Source: Naegleria gruberi
Lineage: Eukaryota
Reading direction: 5' to 3' (one strand)
Assembly (NCBI GenBank): GCA_000004985.1
Contig: GG739062.1
DNA: 8,536 bases
The position numbers and the translations under genes were made by a program. The notes beneath the pieces were generated by a model. The model was not told the DNA's origin. It ran no database searches and worked only from the letters and a program-made list of their open reading frames with translations. Each line of letters opens with the position of its first letter. Positions within the stretch are counted from its first letter, which is position 1. Below are positions 7,635 to 8,536 of the stretch, in pieces.

Positions 7635-8536
7635 ATGCCACCAAAGAAAAACAATCAACCTAAAATAACTGCCTTTATTTCAAAAAAGTCTTCTTCAACT
7701 AATGAATCATCTTCCGAAGAGCCTTTAAAACTGTCAGATTTACTACCACCATCATTAGCTTCATTTGCATCATCATCATTAATAGAACAATCAAAGGAAC
7801 ATCATCATTCAGAAAATATACAAATTGCAACAGAACATCAAGAAACCTTTCAACCACCACCATCATCATCATTCTTATCTGGAACACCAGGATTATCTTT
7901 ACCTAATAATGATGGTTCTTTATTGTCACTATTTGGAGGAGAATACTTGACTGAAATCATTCCAATTGAACAAGATAATCAACATCATCCAACAACACTT
8001 TTTGAAACTAATATTTCAAAATCATTGGAAAATCAGAATGCTCCATTAAATATTAGTGATCTTATGATGGATGATTTACATATTGGTGGAATTGGTAGTG
8101 GAGTTGATTCAACTCCAAGTTTGGATGAATTAAAGAATCTTGATATTGGAAAATATATTGAAGAACAAACAGGTTCAGCTACAAATCAAGTACAAACAGC
8201 AATGCAAATTTGTAACATTTTCCGAGAACCTGGTAATCAACAAAATTCAGAATTGTTAAAACAAGCAACAAGTTCCTTGATAGATCAACAAGAAAATGAA
8301 AGTGATGATGATGATAATAGAAGTGTAATGACAGAATCATCTCAATTAACATCTGAAAATTATAAAGGAGATGATTTTGATGAAATTTATGGACCAGATG
8401 AGGGTGAAGGAGATTATGATTATTTGGATGATATCTTGAAAGGAATGTTAAAAAGAAAAAAGAGAAAGAGAGCAATGAAATCTAAAAAAACTAGGAAAAA
8501 GAAGGAAGACAAAATACCAAAAGAGGTAAAGAAATT
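7635..8536 (+). CDS. 3'-truncated coding region (300 codons, continues beyond the window end) of an unidentified protein: basic N-terminus with a PIP-box-like motif (QPKITAFISKK), long S/P/D/E-rich disordered region, acidic DFDEIYGPDEGEGDYDYLDD patch, then a basic NLS-like KRKKRKRAMKSKKTRKKK run
   Basis: ATG at 7635 is the first ATG after an in-frame TAA at 7618-7620 (A at -3). The frame is stop-free to nt 8536. It contains in-frame trinucleotide repeats, (CAT)4, (CCA)3(TCA)3 and (GAT)4, encoding low-complexity tracts. It is not in the supplied ORF track because it lacks an in-window stop. The track's antisense ORFs 7699..7887 and 8179..8475 start at GTG/TTG and are artefacts. Confidence 0.65.
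   Translation, partial: MPPKKNNQPKITAFISKKSSSTNESSSEEPLKLSDLLPPSLASFASSSLIEQSKEHHHSENIQIATEHQETFQPPPSSSFLSGTPGLSLPNNDGSLLSLFGGEYLTEIIPIEQDNQHHPTTLFETNISKSLENQNAPLNISDLMMDDLHIGGIGSGVDSTPSLDELKNLDIGKYIEEQTGSATNQVQTAMQICNIFREPGNQQNSELLKQATSSLIDQQENESDDDDNRSVMTESSQLTSENYKGDDFDEIYGPDEGEGDYDYLDDILKGMLKRKKRKRAMKSKKTRKKKEDKIPKEVKK
7854..7871. repeat. (CCA)3(TCA)3 compound trinucleotide repeat encoding PPPSSS; (CAT)4 at 7768-7779 and (GAT)4 at 8304-8315 lie in the same gene
   Basis: Read directly and in frame with the 7635 CDS (7854-7635 is a multiple of 3). Confidence 0.8.

Noticed and set aside
7699-8475. Antisense ORFs 7699..7887(-) with an MMMM tract and 8179..8475(-) with an HHHH tract
   Set aside because: Their starts are GTG and TTG. 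Their odd homopolymer tracts are just the reverse complement of the sense-strand (CAT)n/(GAT)n repeats inside the far better supported plus-strand CDS 7635..8536.

Overview
This window reads as eukaryotic nuclear DNA, most likely from an AT-rich budding yeast (Saccharomycotina; CTG clade possible). I infer this from codon usage and A-rich start contexts and cannot verify it by search. The window is about 68% AT, with TTG/TTA Leu, AGA Arg and CAA/GAA/AAT-rich coding, poly-A tracts just upstream of ATGs, and N/Q/S/D low-complexity tracts encoded by trinucleotide repeats. It is a draft assembly: positions 1886-6587 are a 4.7-kb run of N that removes the 3' parts of two convergent genes.

I can support five protein-coding loci:
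- a minus-strand gene running off the left edge (1-797, with a probable frameshifted 5' segment at 743-1060);
- the 5' end of an N/Q/M-rich protein (1692-1885, +);
- the 5' end of an exosome RNase PH-like subunit of the Rrp42/Rrp45 family (6588-6847, -);
- a small 84-aa four-cysteine protein (7034-7288, +);
- a 3'-truncated acidic/basic protein with a PIP-box-like N-terminus (7635-8536, +).

I found no rRNA, tRNA, CRISPR, transposon or prokaryotic-style defense/operon system. The honest answer to 'novel system' here is that the window looks like ordinary yeast-type gene space interrupted by an assembly gap.

Caveats about the supplied ORF track:
- It translates N as X, which yields four spurious ~1600-aa ORFs through the gap.
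- It accepts TTG/GTG as starts (several listed 'M' starts are TTG or GTG).
- It omits ORFs lacking an in-window stop, so it misses the two edge-truncated genes.

All translations assume the standard code. If this is a CTG-clade yeast, the three CTG codons seen would encode Ser.
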